A DNA stretch of 64,000 bases from the NCBI RefSeq assembly GCF_002113885.1, contig NW_018407747.1, positions 457,654-521,653 of the forward strand, given 5' to 3'. The DNA is from Mizuhopecten yessoensis. Lineage: Eukaryota. The first letter of the stretch is position 1, and each line of letters opens with the position of its first letter. The position numbers and the translations under genes are program-made. This document shows, piece by piece, positions 11,401-23,400 of this stretch. A model generated the notes under the pieces. The model was not told the DNA's origin. It made no database searches and saw only the letters and a program-made list of their open reading frames with translations.

Positions 11401-14400
11401 GAAGAACCTTGGCTTTGAACGGAGAGTTGGGGATTGGCTGTTCGGCATACGTGACATTAACATTGTATTCGCCTTCCGTCTCAGGGAAGTAAGTGAAGTT
11501 ACAGGTACCATCGCCATTGTCGACGCAGTCAATCTTAGCCTCTTTTGGTCCTTCCACAGTTACGCCGAGACCTCCGGGGGCAGTTGCCTCCCTCGTGTCT
11601 ACAGTGAATGTGCAAGGCTGGTGAGCCTTTCCTCCCTTGAGACCAGGTCCATAGGCCTTGACCTTGCTGGACAGATCTGGTACAGCGTTGACATTGAATG
11701 GGGACTTGGGGACCTCTTTGGAATCGTAGGTCACAGTGACCTTGTGTGGTCCAGGTTCTTGTACACTGAACTGACATGTGTATCCCTGGGGTGTTTCCTT
11801 AACAGGGACGTCCTTCTTCTTGCCAGATGGTGAGAGAACAGAGAGCTTGGCAGGCTGGTCTGATTTACCGGCAGAGGTTGTGATAATGTCGACAGGTCTA
11901 ACTTCACCGACTCTGATTGCTATGGAAACGAAACCAGACAGACATTCTTATTAAGTAATTAAACACAAATCTTCACAGAGAAAAAGGGAAAAGAAGAAAT
12001 AAATAGACAGAATTTGAGGAAAGATAAGATAAACAATATCCTTCCCATGCTTTTATTTTATTACAACACAGCACTCCACGCAAGACAAACTTACGTTTGT
12101 CCAAACCTACGACCTTGACCTTAGTGGCATCGACCTTGGGTCCAGGTAGGATTTTGGCCTTGAAAGGTGAATTTGGAATTGGCTGTTCAGCATATGTGAT
12201 GTTGACGCGATATTCTCCTTCAACCTCTGGCACGTAGGTGAAGTTACATGTGCCATCACCATTATCAACACAATCAATCTTCGCCTCTTTGGGCCCATCA
12301 ATTGTAACACCGAGACCTCCAGGGGCAGTTGCTTCCCTTGTGTCGACAGTGAATGTGCAAGGCTGGTGGGCCTTTCCACCCTTGAGACCAGGTCCATAGG
12401 CCTTGACCTTGGCAGCAACATCTGGGGTGACGGTGACTGAGAATGGAGATTTCGGGACTTCCTTGGCTGCGTATGTAACTGTGACCTTGTGAAGGCCAGG
12501 CTCCAACATTGTGAGATTGGCAGTATAACCCTGAGGGGTTTCCTTTACGGGGATATCTCGCTTCTTCTTGGTAGGGGAGAGAACTGTGATTGTAGCAGGT
12601 GTAGGAGATTTCCCACAATCCTTTGTAATGATATCAACCTGTCTTGGTTCATTGACCCTCATAGCTACAGTAAGAGAGAGTCAGGAGAATGAAGTAAAGA
12701 AAACAGGAAAAAAAGAGTAGGAAAAACAAAGTAAATCTAGTACATTTTATATGAAATTGTAAGTAAAACAAAATATAGCAATACAAAAATCGTAAGTAAA
12801 ATTCTTTCACCATTGTAATAAAAGGTGTGTATACTTTAAATACACTGTGAAAGCAGACAACAATTAGAAATGAAACCCCAACCATTGAAATATATAAGTA
12901 ACTTGCCCAATGTCCTTGTAAGTTAGTGCCGAACAAAACATAAAAATTCCAATAAACCACCCACAGTTATTTGTTATGTGCAATTATCAAAATCTTCTGA
13001 TTTTGGACTTAAATACAAATTCACCTCCCATCTCCGTGTGTAAAATGTGCAAGTGTCGTAACCTTGACCAAGAAGCTTGATTTTTAAACAGAAACACTTA
13101 CGTGTATCTAATCCTACGACCTTGACCTTGCTGAGGTCAATACTGGACTCGACGGTGACCTTAATGGGACTTTTCGGGATCTCACTGTTAGCGAAGTAAA
13201 CCTGTACAACGTAGGTTCCGGGCGTCTTTGGTTCGTACTCGATTCTGAAAGTGCCATCTTTGTTGTCAACGGTTTTGACGGGAACATCTTTTCCTCGTTC
13301 ATCAGTCAATGCAATGCTGATATCGCCTGAAAATAAACATTTTTAACTTGAATTTTCACCGCTGTTTCTGACGGTTATCAACCAGACTAACATCTGCTGT
13401 AAAACTTTTCATTGATTTGCGTAACATATTTTCAGCTATACAGAAAATTTCAAATCTGTTAAAAGACAATACACATTCATATCGTCTAAAGCAGTAAGAT
13501 ATTTTCCTCACCTGGACCAGCAGTCTTACAGTCCACAACGAAATAGGTCTTGACTCCGGTCTTCACTCCCTTCTCGACTCCAGGACCATACACCTTGACA
13601 TTTCCTGGCTTGGATGGTTCTCCGACCAACACCTGTAGACAAATCACATGCCACAATGAATCTTACATCACACCTCTTTGTCACAATACCAGATTTTATT
13701 CAATTTGTGGGTTGAAAATTGTGGGTTGAAAATGTTGTGATTTTTGCAAAAATATTTGGTGCAAGCCAAATAGTGAGAAAAAAAAAATCATTAATTTGTG
13801 ATCAATCCATGTTATATGTACAGATCAGGTTGCATGTGATGGTGCTTTTGATGGTGTGTGGTGTTGTATTTACTAGTGACCTGTACTCACCCTGAATGGA
13901 CTGTTGGGGATCTGTACTCCTCCAGAGGAGATGGTGCGTTTGACGGTGTGTGGTGTTGTATTTACTTGTGACCTGTACTTACCCTGAATGGACTGTTGGG
14001 GATCTGTACTCCTCCAGAGGAGATGGTGCGTTTGATGGTGTGTGTGGTGTTGTATTTACTAGTGACCTCTACTCACCCTGAAAGGACTGTTGGGGATCTG
14101 TACTCCTCCCCAGGTGATGGTGATGGTGTGTTTGACGGCACGCTTGGTCATGTATTTACAAGAGTAAGTTCCGTCCCTGTTGTCCTTAATCTGGACCTCG
14201 ACAGGTTTGAGGTCGACGTCCAGACAGGAGATCTTCAGGCTAGCCTTGCCTGCCTTCTTTGCATCGACAGTAAACTCGGCCCAGGTACTAACCTTGACTC
14301 CAGTCTTCTCCAGACCAGGACCCTTGGCAATGACCTAAACATGACAAACATCAATACATACTTATCATCTTTTCATTGACAGGAGGAAATATTGGATGTA

Positions 14401-17400
14401 ATCTATACAACCTCTAAAGTATTATTCTTTAGCCAAATCAAGTTTGATTAAACACGAATTCAGTGATGACTTACAGATTTCTCAGTCTTGTTAATAGCCA
14501 ATTTCTATACTACTTAAAATTGTATAGCCGTGATTTATTTGAGTTATCTCCCTTACCAAGGTTTAAATAAATATGATCTACTTAAAAGAGTTATTGAAAC
14601 GTAAAAAAAAATCTATTTCTTAAAATGTTTTTAGTTAATTAATTAAGTCGAAATATAACATCCTTCACAGATATTTGACAGATTTCTTCATGTAGAACTC
14701 TTTTTGTAAAGGAGGTACATCTCACAATAAGATACCATGTACCCTTGGAGGAACCACCTTTTTTGTCTGGAGAGATAGTTTCAGACCACTGGAGTTAGGA
14801 TTACAGAGGTTCTATTGTTATTCAAATTTGACTGACAAATAACTTTACCTTGGATGAATCAAATTCCTTGGTTTCAGGTCCGATGGGCACCATGAATGGG
14901 GATTGTGGGATATCCTCCTGGTTACAGAGTACATGTACGGCATATTCACCCTCGGCCTTGGGGTAGTATGTTACGTCGGCAGAGCCGTCATTGTTGTCTC
15001 TACAATCGATCTTACACTGTGATGGACCCTCAATGGAGAACCCTAAGAAATAAAGAACGCTTTGCTATCTCAACAGGTCCTGTACAAAATCACACGTCTC
15101 CTTTCAATGATGTATTCTCTAAGCTCCTTGAACACATCTCTTTATGTAAATTCTAAAACAAATCTAGAACTTTAATACAAATATTGTTCGAATAGAACAA
15201 CAGAAGTTTTTCATTAAGGCAGAAAAGAAAGGAATTCTTACAAAAAAATATGCAAAAACCTCTAACAATACAAAACATGTATCAACAAGTGTTTTTTTTT
15301 AAAGAATCATGTTACCGAACTGTGCTATATATCAGCATATACAATATACAATTGTCTTACCAAGAGCACCAGTTTCGCCGTTAGTTTCCACGGTAAAGAC
15401 AGCTGGCTGGTTGACGACGCCTCCCTCCAGACCAGGTCCATAGGCCCTGATCTTGGACACCTTGGTGGGGCCGACTTCCACCTTGAATGGGCTCTTGGTG
15501 ATGTGTTGTTCACCAAAGGTGATGTTGATGACATACTGACCCTTAACAGTTGGTACGTAACAACACTCCCAAACACCTTCCTCCGTCTTTGACTTGACTG
15601 ATGTACACTTTAATTCTTTACCTCCTAGATAACACAGTTAAGTTACAATAGCTGTCAGGATTATACATGATTTTACTGTGGCAGAGCAGTAATGAGGGTA
15701 AATAACTGCTTTATCAACGAAATTAATTTCTTTTTCTTACCAATGTAATTATTGATTTATCACTGAAATTAATGATTTATGAACTTTAAAATATTTTATA
15801 ATGATTTAATTCAAGAACCAAAGATTCATGATTAAGTGTTACTGAAGTGAAATTACCGATTTTTAATGAACTCAAGGCAAACATCTTGCAAGTTCTGTAA
15901 AAAGCAGGGATATGTTTAAGGAATTCTTCAAAAAGTCATATATTTATCTTCAATAGTCACAGTGAATGATGTAGTCAATGTTTTAATGAATAAATGGCAT
16001 CAGAAGTTTGACCACATGATTATAAAGACCCTTTCCTTGTGGAAACAAATATCAGATATGAAAAGATATTTTTCAATTTTTCATTTACTTGAATTATATC
16101 ATAGACTTTTATAACTACGGTAATGGCAGAAAACTGGAGCATACCTGGCTGAGTAACCTGTATTTTGAGTTCAGCAGTTCCGGCGCCCTTGGTGTGCACT
16201 TTGAAGGTCGCTTGGTCCTTGACACGGACTCCGCTGGGCTGGACACCTCGTCCAGTAGCAAAGCACAGCTTTGCATTTGATGCTAAAAATAGATCAAAAT
16301 CAATTAGACCGATTCGTGATTAAAATCTTTGTTTAATCCTTAGAATATTTAACAAAAGCAAATCATATTTGAAAAAAAAATTAACAAACAAAAAACATTT
16401 AAATACAATTAACCACATATCACACAGGACAATTAAAACAAAAAGACAACACTGTATCAATTATTTTATGTTACATAGGACATAAACAACTTAAATCAAT
16501 TAACTTGATGATAATTGGTGAAAAACTATAAAAAAAAAAAAACGAATGAAATAACACGAATGAAATAACTAGAATAAAATATTCATTTGTGACAGATTTC
16601 CATGGCAACAAATTTGTTAAATGGTCTTTGTAACTGTTGACAGGAAGTTGCCCCAGTTGCCATAGCAACTGTTGTTAAGCATGATGCTACAAGTAGCTAA
16701 AACACCTAATCTTTTCCTGAAATAGCAATTTTTTTATGAATAATCGTCATGAACATACATTTTTATCTACAGTCTAGTCAATAAGCTTAACACACTGAAA
16801 GTTTTCTACAGTTTTTATGAAATGCCAGATGAAATTTCAAAATTCATTTTTTTATGTTTTTATTTATAGCGGCAATACGATAAAACTGCTCCTAACTCAA
16901 ACGCATTATCAAGTCTTGGCCATTTCACTTGTATAAAATAACTATAACTTGCAATTGGACGAGAAGCATTGAATACTAAGTTTTGAATACCTCTCAAAAT
17001 TTGAACAGTTAGCTAAAATATCTGGTAAACATTCATCCTCAAGTTCCTGCCCATTTCGACTTATTCAGGATTTATTATAAATTCATATCGTCAAAAACTA
17101 TTTAATGTATGATCATGTTCGACTTGTTTTAAAACAGCACCAAATATAGCAAATCACGCACATTCTCTTGTTAATGTTTTGACATGCCATCAAATGGCGG
17201 AGCCAGTATCCAGTGAATTTAATTCTACACGCAGAGCTACTAAGTACATCAAGTCTAACTGGTGTCAGTGGTTTTATAAAGTTTGCCTTTTCTAATCCAC
17301 TTTGTACGTAAAACATGCATGTATGTATGTATGTGCTTGCAAGACAGCGCTGAAATCTACATGAATCAATATCACTCCCAATCTTTCTTCTTTTTTTTTT

Positions 17401-20400
17401 AAATATTCAGAAAACAATTTCAAACAAATTAAAAACGGAAAATATAAAAATAAATAAATAAAAATCACACAGTATAATATTAGCACACACTTGGCTAACA
17501 ATACATAAATAAAAAAATAACTGTATCGAACAAAATAAACATTCTGTCTCCCTGACCATTCAAAATTATATATACATTCTGTAATTCATACATATAACTT
17601 ACTCTCAGCTAATTTTTCATTAGATTTCCTTTTTCAAAAACCACCCGTTGGTGTACCATTCAATTTTGTTGTTTCAATACGAAGAATTTTCAATTTCAGA
17701 ACATTTTTCAGCTTGCATGAATCAATACCAAAACAAAACTGATGTCTCAGATATTTAATCACTTTACATAATTTATTCTACAATATGCTCATTTTTAATC
17801 ACAGAATGTACATATTAACAAAACTAAAATATAAATAATATGTTAATACATTTAATATAAACTAACATGAACTGAAAGGCATATATGCGTTCAGGAGTTG
17901 AATTACTTGAAACAACATTTCCCCAAACTTGTACATACATTTGGGACATTTACTTCCGATTAGTCAATAATTATTACTTGATTGCATACATATATTATCT
18001 ACATATTGACAATTTATCAGTAATGATGATTAAAACAAACACATGGTTTCAATAGGGTCAGAAGTTTTGAAAAGGTTTTTTTTTTCTTGATCTCTAGAGA
18101 TGAAACGTTCATGTTAAAATACACTGACAGAAGAATAAAGTTTTGAAAAAATAAAAATTTCAATTCGGAAAAAAAATCCTATCAATTTTAGATAAGAAGC
18201 TTTTAAATCTCGCAGCAATAAATTATTTTCGGACTCACAAATATGCCTTTCACAAAATAACACGACACAACGTGAACGGCTTGCAAACTTTCACGTTGTT
18301 GCCAGGTTAATAGTAAAACCAGCGTCGATCACACCAGCAACTTGTATAGTTACCAGGAGCGGCCGGTTTACCCGGTGGTTGTTTACCAGCAGGCCCTTTT
18401 CCAGCTGTGAAATCAACATTTAATACGAAACTAATACACAGATTCTTCTTTCCGTTGTATGATGGATACATCTAAATGTGTATCTTTTCTATGATAGAGT
18501 GATGCAGATAAAAAATCAAAATCAAAACCAGAGGCATGATGAACTATGGAATGTAATGTATACAAAAAAAAATGACAAACAATATTGTAGTATCACAATT
18601 TACAAGTTCTGTATTAAATAGTTTAAATTAGAAAAAAATATTACATTTTGAAAAGAAATTTTACATAAGAAACTGATATTTATTACAAGCAGATATGTAG
18701 ATTATACAGACTGATTTTTAAAAAAAATATGTAGATAAAAATGTTTTCATTATTTTTTAATGTAAATAAAATGTGTAAGTGTTTAGTTACTGAACTGAAC
18801 AAAGTAACAAACATAACAAACATTGATTCTGTTAGACACAAAGAACGTCATATTTGAACAAAAGAAAAATGTATGAACTGTGTTGAACAAGAAATGAACA
18901 CGAATATCAACATGTTAATGAATGACTTGAAGCAGGACAGAACACCTTGTTGCGCACCAGTGTATGGTCCAGGGGAGATAACCTCTGATACACAGGATGG
19001 CAACAAGCTGTTGTAGATGAAATAGTCTAAAACTGACCTACACAGTCTGTCACAGTTAATTTAATTTCTCACTTTTTTAGATTGTGGACAAAACTTCCAA
19101 CTGACTTTCATATTTCTTGCTTACTCAACTCGATGAGGTATTCCAGGAGAGCACAAATATTCAAAAATAATTTTCAATTTGAAAATTGTTCAATCTTTAA
19201 AAAAATCTGGAACTTAAACCAAAATCTTGGCCAAATCTNGGTGGGGGGGTCTCCTCATCATGCATATTGTTCAAGGTTAGAATGGAAAAACTCCTTTGGA
19301 TATTTTGTTCACAATCTCAACTAGAAAACATCTGTAAGACAGAAATGACCCTGCCCCCTCCTCAACCGCTGATGTTGGTAAACTGTTGATCATGAATGTA
19401 CTGACAAAATAGTAATGGTTGACCTCTAAACAGCAACACTGACCTTGGGGTTGACCTTGGAACCCTGATATACAAATTTGTCTGAGGTATTCTCATTCCT
19501 GTACTAAGTTGCATAAACTTTGACGAAAATCTATTCAGATATAAAGCTTATATTGTCATGAAAACGACACGCAGTGGGACAGGATGCGACAGGATAGATA
19601 TGGGTAATACAACCAGCTACCCACCAAACCACCCCCCGGGAGGGAGGGAGGGAGGGAGGGTGGAAATGGGGAGGGACTTAAAAATCGGAGATACTGTACT
19701 AAATTGTGATGTACTTTATTTAACAGGTTTATCAAGACCTATTTTGTTTTACTGTGACAGTTTCAGACTAGACATCTTGTACATAGCGTTTACGAGTTAT
19801 CGACCGATCACATGACGTCTTACTACATGACATTAAGGCGCTATCAGATTGTGATGTCATAATCAAACTAGGTCTCCTGATTATTACGTCACAATTTAAA
19901 CGATTGATAACACCTCGTCATCACTAGATCGTCGTGACGACGTTTGGTGATCGGCCAATATGAAACCAAACCAACATCTTATATTTACCAGGTGCTTTGG
20001 CTGTGAATCAATGTTTTAAACAAAAATAGTAAAAAAACATCTGGACTATCACAATATTTCAACCAAAACTTGTTTATAATTTTATGTGAAAAATATTTTA
20101 TTTTTGCAAATAACAAAAAAAAAAAGTTGTAAAAAACTTGTTTGTTTCACGTATTTTTAGGAACAAATATATCAAGCATATCTTTGTTAATGTTTATTCT
20201 AAATGTGTTAATAAATTAATTATCGCCATTTATAACTGAAACTTAAACAAAACGATGTTTCAATACTGGTGACCCGGAGGTACCCTGATCACACTATCAA
20301 TGACAATGAAATTACTGGAGAAATTAATTTGAAACATATCGGGAGATAACCACACAGGGTAACTCATATTTACCAGGTGGGGCGGGACCAGGAGCGGTCT

Positions 20401-23400
20401 TGGTGCCAGCTGTGGATCGACATTTCAAACGGAAATGATCATACATTTTTACACCATTTCATGCAACAATGATTGTCAAGCACCAAATGAAGTTGTATGT
20501 AAAACACAGAACCTGTTTATCTGTCAGAACGTGTACAGATCACCCAATCACACACAATGAATTATTTATTTTTATGATTTGGTCTGTTTACAAATGTGTA
20601 CAAGCAAACTTTGTAGATCCTACATCACTGGAGTCACAAATTAACACCTATTCAAAGAAACTCAAAGGAATTCACTTTGCCCCAGATAAGGGGGACCATC
20701 CCTGTTTTCAGAATTAAATTTTGACTACGGTGGTTATAAGGAGTGATTATTTTTTTTCTTATAATTTTTCAAGATCCTGTAAGATTACAGAATGGCAATG
20801 ATGCTTATCAATTCTCTTTTATGAGGCTCAATAGAAAACCATGAAAAATTAAAAATTTCAAAAATATATATATATATATTCTGTACTCTATCTTAAAATC
20901 AGCATTTCTGAAGAAGGAACACACTAAGGGTTATCTCCCCTCCCTCATGCCGGAAAGAGAGAAGGCAGAATACAACACACAGATGACTTTCAGACTCTAC
21001 AATTGGCTTTTACACAGATAATTACCAGGAAATTTTGTACACAGGTTAAGGCAGTACAACAAGTCTGGAATGAAATATTTTTAAAAGGCGAGGCACATAG
21101 TTTATAGATGAAAAAGGTAACATCATCATCAATCTGAGGAGATACTAAGAACCCCAAGGCCACATGACAAACCAAATACTGTTGTAGCCAATTTTATTGT
21201 GATCTTGGAATTTCCATTGAATAATTCATTTAATTGTCAACTTAATAACATTTTAACTTTTGAATTACATATTCTTGTGCTTTTTGTTGACATGTGACTT
21301 GGGGTACTTGAATGTCTCCCTTTGATGTGCAAATGTATCTGTCTGGGTCGTACCTGGAGCGACTCCAACGCCGTAGGGACTGTGAGGGATCTGGTGTCCA
21401 GCGAAGTAAATGTTGACGGAGTGCTGACCAGGCTCCAGAGGCACGTATTCCACCAGGTAGGTGGCCTCCTTTCCAGCGACAGCATTAATGCTGGCTCGGA
21501 CTGTGTCCTTGCGACCATGGCTGTCCAAGATGACCACATCGACGTTACCTTTGCCGGCATCTGTAACACAGGAATAAGATGTCATCAACACCTAGGTCAT
21601 CAATAAACAAGGCCAATACCTGGCCACTTCAGTGGAGCATTTTCAACTTTTCCTATCAACAGTTACAGCTTGATACAGAAATAAATTTACAGCTCTTTTG
21701 ATATTTATATTTAATAGCTCTTTTAATATTCTTTTAATCAAATTAAGTAAGCTATATCCATGAATACTAATATTTGATGATCAATATTTTGGGAAATACT
21801 TAAATAGGATATTTAACTAGCTAGGCTGCCTGAGCTCTATGTGTAACTTGATACCAGTTCTCGTCCTTTTGTTTTACATCAAAGACTTAAATTCACAAAA
21901 TTTCCAAATATACAGAGGTTTTTTCTTAACTAAATCTTTGAATTGACATATCAATCAAAAAAATTGTTTTCAAATTCAAAATTCAAACATACACAATTTT
22001 TTCATATTGGTTAGAAAATGCTCAGGATGTTTCAGTTAATACATAATGGTAACTTGAATTGCCAAAATTGAAGTAAAATATTAAAATGATCAGATACTTA
22101 TAATAGTTAATAGAGTAATAATTTAATATGTCATTAATGTTCCCGAAGTATCATTTTTTTACCAATTGTGAGAATATATAATACAACTGTAAATGGATCA
22201 AATATTAAACTAAACACAGCATCAATCTTTCATAATGCCAACCAATAAATGGAAACTCTTGATAATTGAAAACATACATATCTACAATAAAAACACAAAT
22301 TAGTTATTGTACACAGTTTGTTAGTACCCAAACACCAGGATTTTTGTACAGCATTAAATTTACCCAGAAGGCCGAGCACAACATGGCTACACTTTATTTA
22401 CACTGCTTTGTTCACATGGAAGTGACATTCACTTACATTTTCCACAACAGTGTTACACTCACAATTTAAAACTTAACATTATTTTTGCCACACACAGTTT
22501 TTTTTGCATATCAAAATACAAATATATATTAATCAAGGTTTGTTTCAGCTGTTTCCACTTTTCTATTATTATTTTTCTGAAATAAAGGATACTGATGATT
22601 AAAATTAATTTTGACATGAATACAAAAAAAAAAATGAACAACTACATATGATTAAAAATAAGTTGAATGAGCAAATAAATATGAAAAGAAACGAAAAATG
22701 AATAGAGCAGGAACTACTGGTGAAATGATGTCTACTAAAAAAGTCAATAGCAAAAGTATATATATCAGGAGCTCTTCTGGCAAAGTTTGAATGAAAGCTA
22801 CCTAGCATTGAAATATATTTAAAACCAAGAGTTAAGGTGATTGAATGCATAAATTTCAGGCCGCACAATGGCTGAAAAGGATAATTTTGAAACTGGCTAG
22901 GAGATAAGGATTTTTTTTTTTTTGCAGTGACAACTTCACGGCGGATTACAGGAAAAAATGCACGAGAACACATTCATGGAGGTCAGTATTCGTTTGTCGA
23001 CCTATTGTTAAATTAGAGGGTGCTGTGGTAGCGTCTCCGCTGTCGTGGAGTTATTTAAGGGGAGATAATTTGTTTCAAATATCAACCAATGGGGAGGGAC
23101 AAAGAATGGGAAGATAACCCAAGGCTATAAAACACGAAAAGTTGGTGTGGACAGCAGTTGGACATTCGAGTGGACACTCGTGACATCATCATACAGGACA
23201 GTGACAAAACATGTGACATGATGTTACCATGGAAACAATGAATGACATGTGAAAAAGCAAAAACGAAAATGTCAAAATGTGCGTCAGAATCTCTTGCTAC
23301 CATTGAGAATTCATGTCTGGTTCATTATGTCATTGTGTAATTAAAGTTAACTCTGAAGGTTTATTTTTTTAAGTAAGTGTTCATAAAAACACTATTTTGA

